The notes: generated by a model from the letters alone, not told the origin. A DNA stretch of 64,000 bases from Geopsychrobacteraceae bacterium (GCA_963676795.2 CAXXTB010000001.1:1371212-1435211), one strand, 5' to 3'; counted from the first letter of the stretch, positions 9,280 through 19,169 are shown. Translations and numbers: made by a program.

Positions 9280-10098
9280 TTACATAAGTTTCAGTAGGTA
9301 ATCACGGCTTTCTTTGAGGGCTCTCTGCCACATGTTGTCGTGGTGGTGGAGCTCTACACTGACATAATGTGCGTAACCTGATGCTTTGATCATGTCGACG
9401 ATGCGGCTAAAGTCGATATCTCCTTCTCCGGGGATCTCATGGTGGTGGATTCCGCCCTTAATGTCTTCGATATGGATATGGCGCGAGAAGGGGAGTGCCT
9501 TTTCGATGTTATTGTAACAGTCCGTTTCGCAACAGAAGACATGGCCAATGTCGAGGTTGAGCCTGAATTTAGGAGAATCGATCTCCAGGATGAGTGGAAC
9601 AGCGGTCGTTGTGGTTCCAATCAGAAAATCTGGCTCGGGTTCGAGTACGAGGATGATGTCTCCAACGTCGGGAAGAAGGTTGTTGACCTCTGTCTTGAGG
9701 AGGTCGTAAGCCTTATCGTCAGAGATGTCGGTGCGGGGTTTTCCGCTATTGATGTTGAGGACCGGAGCGCCGAGATAGTGGGTCAACTCGATGGCTGCCT
9801 TGATAAAGTCTGTCCGTTTGCTCCTCTCTGTTGCGTCCGGTGCGATCAACGATGGCTCGTAGGCAACATCGCCGAGTGCATTCGGGCCTCCAGCTGCAAC
9901 GCAGACTATGTCGATACCATTGTCCGTACAGAAATTACGGACATCCATGCATCTTTTGAAGCTGTGTTGCAGGGGATGGAGGTGGGTATCGTTAAGGGTC
10001 AGTTCAACACCATCATAGCCATAATCCTTAATATAGCGGAGTGATGTAAAAACGTCTATGTTTCTCAAAGTTGTTGAATTAAATGCAAGTTTGAACAT
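9280..10098 (-). CDS. Xylose-isomerase-like TIM-barrel metalloenzyme (sugar phosphate isomerase/epimerase, AP-endonuclease-2 family)
   Basis: GYDGVEL, LEPEP, LDIGH, HIHIED, PGEGDIDF, SVEL metal motifs; start set at the ATG about 7 nt after AAGGA. Confidence 0.85.
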   Translation of the reverse strand: MFKLAFNSTTLRNIDVFTSLRYIKDYGYDGVELTLNDTHLHPLQHSFKRCMDVRNFCTDNGIDIVCVAAGGPNALGDVAYEPSLIAPDATERSKRTDFIKAAIELTHYLGAPVLNINSGKPRTDISDDKAYDLLKTEVNNLLPDVGDIILVLEPEPDFLIGTTTTAVPLILEIDSPKFRLNLDIGHVFCCETDCYNNIEKALPFSRHIHIEDIKGGIHHHEIPGEGDIDFSRIVDMIKASGYAHYVSVELHHHDNMWQRALKESRDYLLKLM

Positions 10099-10248
10099 GC
10101 TCATATCCTTTGCTCTTCTTGATGACAACATAATTCCTATAATTGTAACAGATCAGGCCGGGGAAGAACAGTTTTTCTGGTATCTCTGATCCAGGGCGGG
10201 ATTGAGGGGAGGGCAGTTGTTGTCCTGAGGGATGTTTGTTGCTCTGTT

Positions 10249-12011
10249 GAGGCTGTAGAAAAACCTTTAAATGTGCTATAGTTACTCCACTTTTTATGAT
10301 TTTCAGGGGAGGGAAAACATGGCGCGTTTTATCGATTACAATCCGCATCAAACGGTATTGCTGCCCATCTCCTTTGAACAACAGATTCTCCCCGGAACCT
10401 TTGAGTACACCCTCAGTTTTCTGGTCGACAACAAGCTCGATCTGTCGATCTTCCATCACAAATACAAGAACGATGACAACGGCCGGCCGGCCTATGACCC
10501 CGCCTTGCTCTTGAAAATTGTCCTGCTGGCCTATGCCCGGGGCGTCACCGGCAGCCGCCGCATTGAAGCGTTGTGCCGCGAGAATGTTCTGTTCATGGCC
10601 TTATCCAGTGACTGCCGCCCTCACTTCACCACCATTGCCGACTTCATCTCCGGCTCAAGCGGTGAGATTGCCAAGCTCTTCCACCAGGTCCTGATGATCT
10701 GTGACGACATGGGATTGATCGGTAGAGAGATGTTTGCTATCGACGGCTGCAAGCTGCCCTCAAATGCCTCTAAAGAATGGAGTGGCACCCACGACGCGTT
10801 AAGAAAGAAGAGCCGGAAGATCGACCAGGCGGTACGCCACATGCTCAATGTGCACCGCGAAGAAGACCGTAAAGGGGAAAATGATCACCAGATCCGCCAG
10901 AAACAGCAGAAACAGATCGATACTCTGCTGGCCGCCAGCGACAAAATCGACCGCTTTCTCAAACAGAACGAACCCCGCAAAGGCTACAGTGGCAACGAAG
11001 TCCAGAGCAATATCACCGATCCTGACAGTGCCAAGATGAAGACCAGTCACGGTGTTATTCAGGGCTATGTCGGTGTTGCGGCGGTCGACAGTAAGCATCA
11101 GATTGTTGTCAGTGCTGAAGCCTTTGGTCAGGGGCAGGAACACGGCTTGCTGGAACCGCTGGTCGAACAGATCGACAAAGCCTTCGACAAAGATGTCATT
11201 CCCCCATCAAAACAGGCCAAGGTTCTCGCCGACAGCGGGTTCTGCAACAAAGACACCTTGAACTATCTGGAGAAAAACCAAATTGACGGCTATCTGGCCG
11301 ATCACGGCTTTCGTTCCCGCGACCCCCGCTTTGCCGATGCCGGCCAGCACAAACCGGAGATCCGGAGGAAGTCTTCCGCCCGAAACCGTTTCAGCGGTGA
11401 TGACTTTCAGGTGGATATCGAACAGCAGACCTGCATCTGCCCGGCCGGAAAGAGCCTGTGGCTCAAATGTGCCAAAGCCAAAATCCGCGATAATCTCTTC
11501 ATGCAGTTCATGGGGCACAAAGAGGATTGTGATAACTGCCCGCTGCGCGACAGATGTTTAAAGAGCAGCAAACAAAAAGGCGCCCGCCAGCTCAACTTAT
11601 TACTTGAGCATGTCGAAACTGAAAAGAACGGCCCCCTGGAACGGATGAAGCAGAAAATCGACAGCAAACTCGGCCGCCATATCTACAGCCAGCGTCTCGG
11701 TATTGTCGAACCGGTCTTCGGCCACATCTGCGAAGCTATCGGCATCAAAAGGTTCAGCCTGCGCAGTAAAGCCAAGGTTGACGGCCAATGGAAACTATTC
11801 ACCCTGTTGCATAATCTGACCAAGATTCACCGTTTCGGGATGGCATAGAGGGAGAAAACGCCTGAAAAATGCAGAAATCTTAAAAATTCCGGATGGATAA
11901 TACGGCAAAAGATGCTTAAATGAGCAAACGGGAATAAACCAGCTGGACATCGAAACATTAACTCGATTCCGGGATATGAGAACTCAGTGATCCCGGTTTT
12001 TCTACAGATTC
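10249..12011 (+). mobile_element. IS1182-family insertion sequence, apparently intact
   Basis: Terminal IRs GAGGCTGTAGAAAAACC / (reverse complement) GAATCTGTAGAAAAACC, 15/17 match; flanked by a GTT direct repeat (10246-10248, 12012-12014). Confidence 0.88.
10319..11848 (+). CDS. IS1182-family DDE transposase
   Basis: GRPAYDPALLLK, PHFTTIADF, IDGCKL, TDPDS, ADSGF, ICPAG, VEPVFG motifs; GGGAGG RBS. Confidence 0.92.
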   Translation: MARFIDYNPHQTVLLPISFEQQILPGTFEYTLSFLVDNKLDLSIFHHKYKNDDNGRPAYDPALLLKIVLLAYARGVTGSRRIEALCRENVLFMALSSDCRPHFTTIADFISGSSGEIAKLFHQVLMICDDMGLIGREMFAIDGCKLPSNASKEWSGTHDALRKKSRKIDQAVRHMLNVHREEDRKGENDHQIRQKQQKQIDTLLAASDKIDRFLKQNEPRKGYSGNEVQSNITDPDSAKMKTSHGVIQGYVGVAAVDSKHQIVVSAEAFGQGQEHGLLEPLVEQIDKAFDKDVIPPSKQAKVLADSGFCNKDTLNYLEKNQIDGYLADHGFRSRDPRFADAGQHKPEIRRKSSARNRFSGDDFQVDIEQQTCICPAGKSLWLKCAKAKIRDNLFMQFMGHKEDCDNCPLRDRCLKSSKQKGARQLNLLLEHVETEKNGPLERMKQKIDSKLGRHIYSQRLGIVEPVFGHICEAIGIKRFSLRSKAKVDGQWKLFTLLHNLTKIHRFGMA

Positions 12012-12368
12012 GTTGCAGGAAAAAAGTTTGTCGGTCGTTTGGCCCTGGTCGTTTGCTGTGACTCCATTGTGACATAGGGGTGCTGTCCTGGCTTGAAGAT
12101 GAGCTGGTAATAATTGGCTTGACTTAACTTTTTTGGGGTCCTAGTATTCGTCTGTTAGTGTGTGTTGATATTTTGTTGCTTCGAGTGAGTTGCTTTTGTG
12201 TGTTGATGACTGCATTTCTGGTTGAGTTGGTGGGATTACTTCAATGAAGAGGTGTAGGCCGGGGGCGGCACTTGTTCCGCTGGATGAATAGTTCGGGAGC
12301 TGGTAACTCGTTGTCAATGTAGAGCAATGCACTATTGGTGTTTGGGACCGTGATAATGGGGGATTAAT

Positions 12369-13700
12369 ATGCTGCCATGGAATCGTAGCAAGCTGACGAG
12401 TGCTGTACAAAAATCTATAGTCGTTTCAGAGTATCGAGACTTCAGTAAACGTAAGGACTCATTGAGCTCATTGCTCAGGCCGAGTGCCAGGGCGCTTTAT
12501 ATGAAGACTCGCGCCATGCTGGGGATGGTGGCCTCGATCTGGGGGCAGCAAACCAGGCCATTTATCCCTCTCGCCGATATGATCGGCAGTATCAGACACC
12601 TTGAAAAGCAGAGCCAGGACCTGGCCTCTTATGCGGAAGAGATGGCCGCATCGATCAATGACGTCGGCCGGTCGGCTGAAGCTGTTTCGGCAGATGCCCA
12701 GTCGGTCAAGGGTGAACTTGGCAGAAATGTCGTTGCCGTCGGGCAGGCGTTCGAGTCGATGGAGGGGATTACTGCTGCCTTCCAGGCGATGACGGATAAG
12801 GTTCAGACCCTCGAGGTTGCTTCCGGTCAGATCGTTGCTATCATCAAGACGATAGAGACGATTGCCGATCAGACGAATCTGCTGGCAATCAATGCAACTG
12901 TCGAGGCGGCCAGGGCTGGCGCCGCCGGTAAGGGGTTTGCTGTGGTTGCTGGTGAGGTCAAGCGCCTTGCCGGTCAGACAGCTCTGGCTACCGATGACAT
13001 CCGGGAACGCATCAATACTCTTCAGGCCGGGATGACCGATGTGTTGTCATCCATGTCGCATGGCCGCCAGCGTGTCGAGGAGGGGAAGGAATGTATTTAC
13101 GGCGTCGGCGAAAGCATGAAGTCTGTCGAGTCGCATGTGGATGGAGTGACCTCGAGAATGGTTGAAGTTTCGGGAACCGTTCAGGAGCAGACAAAAGTCG
13201 TGAATGGTGTGTCTCAGAGTGTTTCAGTTGTCGCTGATTTGACACAGTCGGTGTCGATGCACTGTGAATCGATGGTCAAGGGGATTGAGGCGGGGATTAT
13301 CGAGACGCGTAAGCGTCTTGATGAGACGATGGCTGTCGTTGATGAGACGATGGCCGTTCTGGTTGGCCGGGCAGATCTGACAACCTTCAAGCAGGAAATC
13401 ATTGGTGTGCTTCTCGGGCGTGATAATAAAAAAAGCCATGAGTTTCCCGGGGCAAGCGAAACCTTTCTCGGGCAGTGGTTGACAAGGCACAGGCATGACA
13501 AGATTGGCCAAAGCCCCGACTTTAAGGCCCTGCTCAAGCCGTATGAGCGTGCCTATCAATGTGGCAAGTTGTCTATCGACTGTCATCATGCTCATGATAC
13601 GTCCGCTGCGTTCGATCATCTGAGGGAGATGGAGAATGTGTCGCAGGAGTGTTTCATCTATCTTGACAGGTTGAATGAGCAGGTTGAAAAAGAATTGTAG
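12369..13700 (+). CDS. Soluble methyl-accepting chemotaxis protein with a C-terminal CZB-like domain
   Basis: [37 protein letters not shown] signalling hairpin; no TM segment; C-terminal LGQW-containing domain; start uncertain. Confidence 0.88.
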   Translation: MLPWNRSKLTSAVQKSIVVSEYRDFSKRKDSLSSLLRPSARALYMKTRAMLGMVASIWGQQTRPFIPLADMIGSIRHLEKQSQDLASYAEEMAASINDVGRSAEAVSADAQSVKGELGRNVVAVGQAFESMEGITAAFQAMTDKVQTLEVASGQIVAIIKTIETIADQTNLLAINATVEAARAGAAGKGFAVVAGEVKRLAGQTALATDDIRERINTLQAGMTDVLSSMSHGRQRVEEGKECIYGVGESMKSVESHVDGVTSRMVEVSGTVQEQTKVVNGVSQSVSVVADLTQSVSMHCESMVKGIEAGIIETRKRLDETMAVVDETMAVLVGRADLTTFKQEIIGVLLGRDNKKSHEFPGASETFLGQWLTRHRHDKIGQSPDFKALLKPYERAYQCGKLSIDCHHAHDTSAAFDHLREMENVSQECFIYLDRLNEQVEKEL

Positions 13701-13759
13701 AGGCTTTGGGCGTCTGGGGGGATGTTGTGAAGCGGTCTCTTGCACGGGAGCTTTTTTTA

Positions 13760-13830
13760 TTGACGACGGGTGGCGGAGATTCTATAAATATCAAGGTCGC
13801 TATATGAACTTTTGTATTGCATCGTGCAAC
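13760..13830 (+). promoter_or_regulatory. sigma70 promoter of the cupin gene with two tandem operator-like boxes
   Basis: TTGACG-N17-TATAAA (13760-13788); boxes at 13795-13809 and 13816-13830. Confidence 0.6.
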
Positions 13831-13975
13831 TCGTTCTGTGGCGTTCTGGTGTCGCATCCGTTTCAATTTTATTGTAATAACAAAATAACAACAGTCGTAT
13901 GCCGAATTGGCATTGCGGGGTTGTCGGCTGAAGCCATTTGTCTAATCACTAAATTATATGGAGGTAGATTTCGCT

Positions 13976-14320
13976 ATGAGTTACAAAGTTGTACGTAAGG
14001 AAGACGCTTACAAATATGAAGCTCCGCTGCACTACGATGTTTTGGCAACCCGCCTGCATAATCCTGAAGATGTCAATGATGGTCAGATGGTTATGGGTGT
14101 GTCTCACTTCCTGCCTGGCGGTGGCTGTGAGTTCGGCAGTAACCCGGCTGAGAGCATCTACTACATTCTTTCTGGTCAGATGACCCTGAAGACCGAAGAT
14201 GAGGAGACCGTCCTGAAGGCAGGCGATACGTTCCATTGTGGCGGTAATACCAAGAAGAGCGTCACCAATACTGGTACTGAATGCTGTCAGATGCTGGTCT
14301 GTATGGTCTGGCCTAAATAA
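13976..14320 (+). CDS. Single-domain cupin protein
   Basis: SHFLPGGG...ESIYYILSGQMTL...VLKAGDTFH cupin pattern; GGAGG RBS at 13960-13964. Confidence 0.85.
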   Translation: MSYKVVRKEDAYKYEAPLHYDVLATRLHNPEDVNDGQMVMGVSHFLPGGGCEFGSNPAESIYYILSGQMTLKTEDEETVLKAGDTFHCGGNTKKSVTNTGTECCQMLVCMVWPK

Positions 14321-14364
14321 ATAAGGCAATAAAATAAAAATCAATCGTTCCTTGAGAATGGTTT

Positions 14365-14410
14365 AAAAGCTGATATCGTGTAACTTTGTGTGCCGTATCA
14401 GCTTTTTTTT
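14365..14410 (+). terminator. Probable terminator after the cupin gene
   Basis: AAAAGCTGATA...TATCAGCTTTTTTTT. Confidence 0.55.
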
Positions 14411-14673
14411 GGCCTTGATTCAAGTTTGCTTCTCTCATTTAAGATATTCTACGCCGCCGCGCTGAATGTAACCTTCTACTCTATTCTACAGAAAACCGCT
14501 GCGATGAGCTGTGTGGTTGCGCATTTATTGGCTGAGGAATGCCACGCTGTTGCTTTATGTGTAACCGGGTTTCGAAATTGACTTTTTTGTGGGGCTTGAA
14601 GTGCTGTAATTTCAGGCTTAAGTTGTTGAAAGTATGAAGTAAAGTTGCTGTCTGGCAGGGGGGGATTTTTTTG

Positions 14674-14747
14674 TTGACAGCAAATGGCTAAGGCACTATA
14701 AATGTCATGTTTATTCATAATATAAACTTTGATTTCACACTGCGAAA
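14674..14747 (+). promoter_or_regulatory. sigma70 promoter of athL with two tandem operator-like boxes
   Basis: TTGACA-N17-TATAAA (14674-14702); boxes ATTCATAATATAAAC (14713-14727) and TTTCACACTGCGAAA (14733-14747). Confidence 0.65.
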
Positions 14748-14878
14748 CAAGCAACTCGCTAGTGTGGTTGTGCAAGATAGCTGCGCTTGGATCACTGGTT
14801 AGTCAGTGTTTGGGGTCTATGGAGAATGTGCTGTTCTGCCATAGAGTATTTTAATTCTGTAAGCAATGGAGATTAAAC

Positions 14879-17506
14879 ATGGGTGAAGTAGTTCGTCTGA
14901 CAAACTCATCAACTGGGGGCCCCGTTTTCGTCTACGTGAAAGACGGGAAAATCATCAGAATGACTCCAATGGATTTTGATGACAAAGTAGATGCTCCTTC
15001 CTGGAAAATCGAAGCACGTGGTAAAGTTTTTACTCCACCACGTAAAACCAGTATCGCACCATACACTGGTGGTTTCAAATCAATGATCTATTCTGACCTG
15101 CGTATTCCTTACCCGATGAAGCGTAAGAGCTTCGATCCAAACGGTGAGAGAAACCCACAACTGCGTGGCGCTGGTCTTTCCAAGCAAGATCCATGGTCTG
15201 ATTACGAGCGTATCAGCTGGGATGAGGCAACTGACATCGTTGTTTCTGAAATCAACCGTATCAAGCACGCATACGGCCCAAGCGCTATCCTGTCGACCCC
15301 ATCTTCTCACCACATGTGGGGTAATGTCGGTTACCGTCACTCCACCTACTTCCGTTTCATGAACATGATGGGCTTCACCTACGCTGACCACAACCCGGAT
15401 TCCTGGGAAGGCTGGCACTGGGGTGGTATGCACATGTGGGGCTTCAGCTGGCGTCTGGGTAACCCAGAGCAGTATGACCTCCTCGAAGATGGTCTGAAGC
15501 ACGCTGAGATGATCGTTTTCTGGTCTTCTGACCCTGAGACCAACTCCGGTATCTACGCTGGTTTTGAATCCAACATTCGTCGTCAGTGGCTGAAAGATCT
15601 GGGCGTTTTCTTCGTCTTTATCGATCCGCACATGAACCACACTGCACGTCTGGTTGCTGACAAGTGGCTGTCTCCTAAGATCGGTACTGACCACGCTCTC
15701 TCTTTCGCTATCGCTTACACCTGGCTGAAAGAAGGCACCTACGACAAAGAATACGTTGCTGCTAACGCACACGGCTTCGAAGAGTGGTCTGAGTACGTTC
15801 TGGGTAACGTTGACGGTGTTCCTAAGACCTGTGAGTGGGCTGAAGAAGAGTCCGGCGTTCCAGCTTGTGAAATCCGCGCTCTGGCACGTCAGTGGGGCAA
15901 GAAGAACACCTACCTGGCAGCCGGTGGTCTCGGCGGTTGGGGTGGCGCTTGTCGTGCTTCCCACGGTATCGAGTGGGCTCGTGGTATGATCGCACTGGCA
16001 ACCATGCAAGGTATGGGTAAGCCAGGTTCCAACATGTGGTCCACCACTCAGGGTGTTCCATTGGATTACGATTTCTACTTCCCAGGTTACGCTGAAGGTG
16101 GTATCTCCGGTGACTGCGAGAACTCCGCTGCAGGTTTCAAATTCGCATGGCGTATGTTCGATGGCCGTACCACGTTCCCATCCCCATCGAACCTGAACAC
16201 CTCTGCTGGTCAGCACATCCCACGTCTCAAGATTCCTGAGTGTATCATGGGCGGCAAGTTCCAGTGGTCCGGTAAAGGTTTCGCCGGTGGTGACATCTCT
16301 CACCAACTGCATCAGTACGAGTATCCAGCTCCAGGTTACAGCAAGATCAAGATGTTCTGGAAGTACGGTGGTCCACACATGGGTACCATGACTGCTACCA
16401 ACCGTTACGCCAAGATGTACACCCATGACAGCCTTGAGTTCGTTGTTTCCCAGTCGATCTGGTTCGAAGGCGAAGTTCCATTTGCTGACATCATCCTGCC
16501 AGCATGTACCAACTTCGAGCGTTGGGATATCTCTGAATTCGCTAACTGCTCCGGTTACATCCCAGACAACTACCAGCTGTGTAACCACCGCGTCATCTCC
16601 CTCCAGGCCAAGTGTATCGAGCCTGTTGGTGAGTCCATGTCTGACTACGAGATCTACCACCTGTTCGCTAAGAAGCTGAACATCGGTCCAATGTTCTCCG
16701 AAGGTAAAGACGAGCTGGCTTGGGTTGAGCAGTACTACAATGCTACTGATATGCCTAAGTACATGACCTTCGAAGAGTTCTTCAAGAAGGGCTACTTCGT
16801 TGTTCCTGACAATCCAAACCGTAAGAAAACCGTAGCTCTGCGCTGGTTCGCTGAAGGTCGTGAGAAGGATACTCCTGACTGGGGTCCACGCCTGAACAAC
16901 ACCGTTTGCCGTAAAGGTCTCCAGACCACTACCGGTAAGGTCGAGTTCATCGCTACCTCTCTGAAGAACTTCGAAGAGCAAGGTTACCTGGATGAGCATC
17001 GTCCATCGATGCACACCTACGTCCCAGCATGGGAAAGCCAGAAGCACAGCCCGCTGGCTGCCAAGTACCCACTGGGTATGCTGTCTCCGCACCCACGTTT
17101 CTCCATGCACACCATGGGTGACGGTAAGAACAGCTACATGAACTACATCAAAGACCACCGTGTAGAAGTTGACGGTTACAAGTACTGGATCATCCGTATC
17201 AACTCTGTTGATGCAGCAGCTCGTGGCATCAAGAGCGGTGACCTGGTTCGTGCTTACAATGATCGTGGTTCTGTTATCCTTGCTGCTCAGGTCACCGAGT
17301 GTCTGCAGCCTGGTACTGTACACTCCTACGAGTCTTGTGCTGTTTACGATCCATTGGGAACCGCAGGTAAGTCTGCAGACCGTGGTGGTTGTGTTAACAT
17401 CCTGACTCCTGACCGCTATATCTCCAAGTACGCTTGTGGTATGGCTAATAACACCGCCCTCATCGAAGTTGAAAAGTGGGATGGCGGCGTTTACGAGATT
17501 TACTAA
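14879..17506 (+). CDS. athL: Pyrogallol:phloroglucinol transhydroxylase large subunit (Mo-bisMGD, DMSO reductase family)
   Basis: 875 aa. Mo ligand Ser175 and active-site His144, Arg153, Asp174, Trp176, Trp354, Tyr404, Phe468, Cys557 and Tyr560 fall at the positions known for the P. acidigallici enzyme; no Tat signal. Confidence 0.97.
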   Translation: MGEVVRLTNSSTGGPVFVYVKDGKIIRMTPMDFDDKVDAPSWKIEARGKVFTPPRKTSIAPYTGGFKSMIYSDLRIPYPMKRKSFDPNGERNPQLRGAGLSKQDPWSDYERISWDEATDIVVSEINRIKHAYGPSAILSTPSSHHMWGNVGYRHSTYFRFMNMMGFTYADHNPDSWEGWHWGGMHMWGFSWRLGNPEQYDLLEDGLKHAEMIVFWSSDPETNSGIYAGFESNIRRQWLKDLGVFFVFIDPHMNHTARLVADKWLSPKIGTDHALSFAIAYTWLKEGTYDKEYVAANAHGFEEWSEYVLGNVDGVPKTCEWAEEESGVPACEIRALARQWGKKNTYLAAGGLGGWGGACRASHGIEWARGMIALATMQGMGKPGSNMWSTTQGVPLDYDFYFPGYAEGGISGDCENSAAGFKFAWRMFDGRTTFPSPSNLNTSAGQHIPRLKIPECIMGGKFQWSGKGFAGGDISHQLHQYEYPAPGYSKIKMFWKYGGPHMGTMTATNRYAKMYTHDSLEFVVSQSIWFEGEVPFADIILPACTNFERWDISEFANCSGYIPDNYQLCNHRVISLQAKCIEPVGESMSDYEIYHLFAKKLNIGPMFSEGKDELAWVEQYYNATDMPKYMTFEEFFKKGYFVVPDNPNRKKTVALRWFAEGREKDTPDWGPRLNNTVCRKGLQTTTGKVEFIATSLKNFEEQGYLDEHRPSMHTYVPAWESQKHSPLAAKYPLGMLSPHPRFSMHTMGDGKNSYMNYIKDHRVEVDGYKYWIIRINSVDAAARGIKSGDLVRAYNDRGSVILAAQVTECLQPGTVHSYESCAVYDPLGTAGKSADRGGCVNILTPDRYISKYACGMANNTALIEVEKWDGGVYEIY

Positions 17507-17555
17507 TTAGTTAAATAAGATCTCAATTTTCTTTATATAAAAGGAGTAAGAAACA

Positions 17556-18380
17556 ATGGAACAATATTACATGGTCATTGACGTCGCAAAATGTCAGGAC
17601 TGCAATAACTGCTTCATGGGTTGTATGGATGAGCACGAGATGAATGAGTGGCCAGGTTACACTGGCGCTATGCAGCGTGGTCATCGTTGGATGAACATTG
17701 AGCGCCGTGAGCGTGGTACCTACCCACGTAACGACATCAACTACCGTCCGACCCCATGTATGCATTGTGAAAACGCTCCATGTGTTGCCAAAGGCAACGG
17801 CGCTATCAGCAAGCGTGAAGACGGTATCGTTCTGATCGACCCAGCTAAAGCTGCTGGCAAGAAAGAACTGGTTGACACCTGCCCATACGGCGTCATCTAC
17901 TGGAACGAAGAGCAGAACGTTGCTCAGAAATGTACCATGTGTGCACACCTGCTCGACGATGAGTCCTGGACTCCTAAGATGCCTCGTTGTGCTCACAACT
18001 GTGGTTCTTTCGTATACGAGTTCTTCAAGACTACTCCTGAGGCAATGGCTAAGAAGGTTGCTGAAGAAGGTCTGGAAGTTCTCAAGCCAGAACTCGGCAC
18101 CAAGCCGCACGTTTACTACAAAAACCTCTACCGTTTTGCTAAGAACTATGTCTCTGCAGCAGTTCTGGTAAAAGGTGACTGTGTTGAAGGTGCCAAGGTT
18201 GTTCTGAAGGCTGCCGGTAAAGAAGTAGCTTCTGCTGAAACCAACTTCTTCGGCGAATTCAAGTTCGATGCCCTGGAGAACGGTGAGTACACTGTTGAAA
18301 TCGATGCTGCAGGCAAGACCTACAGCGCGACCGCTCTGGTTGACGATAAGTCTCTGGATCTCGGTTACATTCAACTGTAA
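17556..18380 (+). CDS. bthL: Transhydroxylase small subunit (3x[4Fe-4S] plus C-terminal beta domain)
   Basis: 274 aa; CQDCNNCFMGC, CMHCENAPC, TCPYG, CTMC...RCAHNC give 12 Cys; directly after athL. Confidence 0.96.
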   Translation: MEQYYMVIDVAKCQDCNNCFMGCMDEHEMNEWPGYTGAMQRGHRWMNIERRERGTYPRNDINYRPTPCMHCENAPCVAKGNGAISKREDGIVLIDPAKAAGKKELVDTCPYGVIYWNEEQNVAQKCTMCAHLLDDESWTPKMPRCAHNCGSFVYEFFKTTPEAMAKKVAEEGLEVLKPELGTKPHVYYKNLYRFAKNYVSAAVLVKGDCVEGAKVVLKAAGKEVASAETNFFGEFKFDALENGEYTVEIDAAGKTYSATALVDDKSLDLGYIQL

Positions 18381-18392
18381 TTCGTAACATTG

Positions 18393-18422
18393 AGCCCCTC
18401 CCGCGAGGGAGGGGCTTTTTTT
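18393..18422 (+). terminator. Rho-independent terminator after bthL
   Basis: AGCCCCTCCC-GCGA-GGGAGGGGCT-TTTTTT. Confidence 0.9.
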
Positions 18423-18532
18423 GTTTTACCGATTTTCCGGTCTAGGAAAATTACCTCTTTTCTACTGTAGATTCCCAGACGCGCTCAAGGTAACAATTGC
18501 AGATTGTCTTCTGCGGAAAGGCTTAACATCTG

Positions 18533-19090
18533 ATGAAAGAAGTCGTTATTTTTAACGGTAGTCCACGTATGGACGGTAACATTGCCACCATTTTGAAAGC
18601 TGTTGCAAGAGGTGCAGAAGATCAGGGCGCCCTAGTCAAGACCTACAATCTTTTCAAAATGAAATATATGGCATGCCAAAGCTGCTTTGCTTGTCGTATG
18701 AAAGACGACTGTATCATCAAAGATGAATTGCGCGAAGCATTGCAACTGGTTAAAAAGGCTGATGCCGTTGTTGTTGGATCACCGATCTATATGATGCAGA
18801 TGACTGGCCCGGTTAAGAATATGTATGACCGCATGTTTCCTCTGACTGATGTCGATTATCAACCGCGCTTCGGTTCGAAAAAGATTCTGACTGTGTATTC
18901 CCAGGGCATGGAAGATCCAGCCATGTTTGAATCCTACTTTGAATATACTGCGGCTACGATGTTCCCTCCTTTTGGGTTTGAGCTTATGGATAATATCGTT
19001 ATTACCAATGCCAATGATCCCGAAAGTGCAGATCGTGACGCTGACCTGAAAATCAGAGCTTACGAAGCAGGTAAGAGTCTGGTTCTCTGA
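18533..19090 (+). CDS. Iron-sulfur flavoprotein (Isf / flavodoxin-like NADPH-dependent FMN reductase family)
   Basis: NGSPRMDGN FMN loop, CQSCFACRMKDDC (Cx2Cx2Cx5C), GSPIY. Confidence 0.85.
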   Translation: MKEVVIFNGSPRMDGNIATILKAVARGAEDQGALVKTYNLFKMKYMACQSCFACRMKDDCIIKDELREALQLVKKADAVVVGSPIYMMQMTGPVKNMYDRMFPLTDVDYQPRFGSKKILTVYSQGMEDPAMFESYFEYTAATMFPPFGFELMDNIVITNANDPESADRDADLKIRAYEAGKSLVL

Positions 19091-19096
19091 TACATT

Positions 19097-19129
19097 AAAA
19101 AGAGCCCCGTATAGCGGGGCTCTTTTTTT
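19097..19129 (+). terminator. Rho-independent terminator
   Basis: AAAAAGAGCCCCG-TATAG-CGGGGCTCTTTTTT. Confidence 0.85.
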
Positions 19130-19169
19130 ATGCTATATTTCGTTAACATGCTTTCCGGACTTTATCTCT

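Noticed and set aside
15080..17323. 747-aa antisense ORF inside athL (and a 283-aa one over bthL at 17523-18374)
   Set aside because: Shadow of strong codon bias: avoiding TTA/CTA/TCA removes antisense stops. No recognisable motifs.
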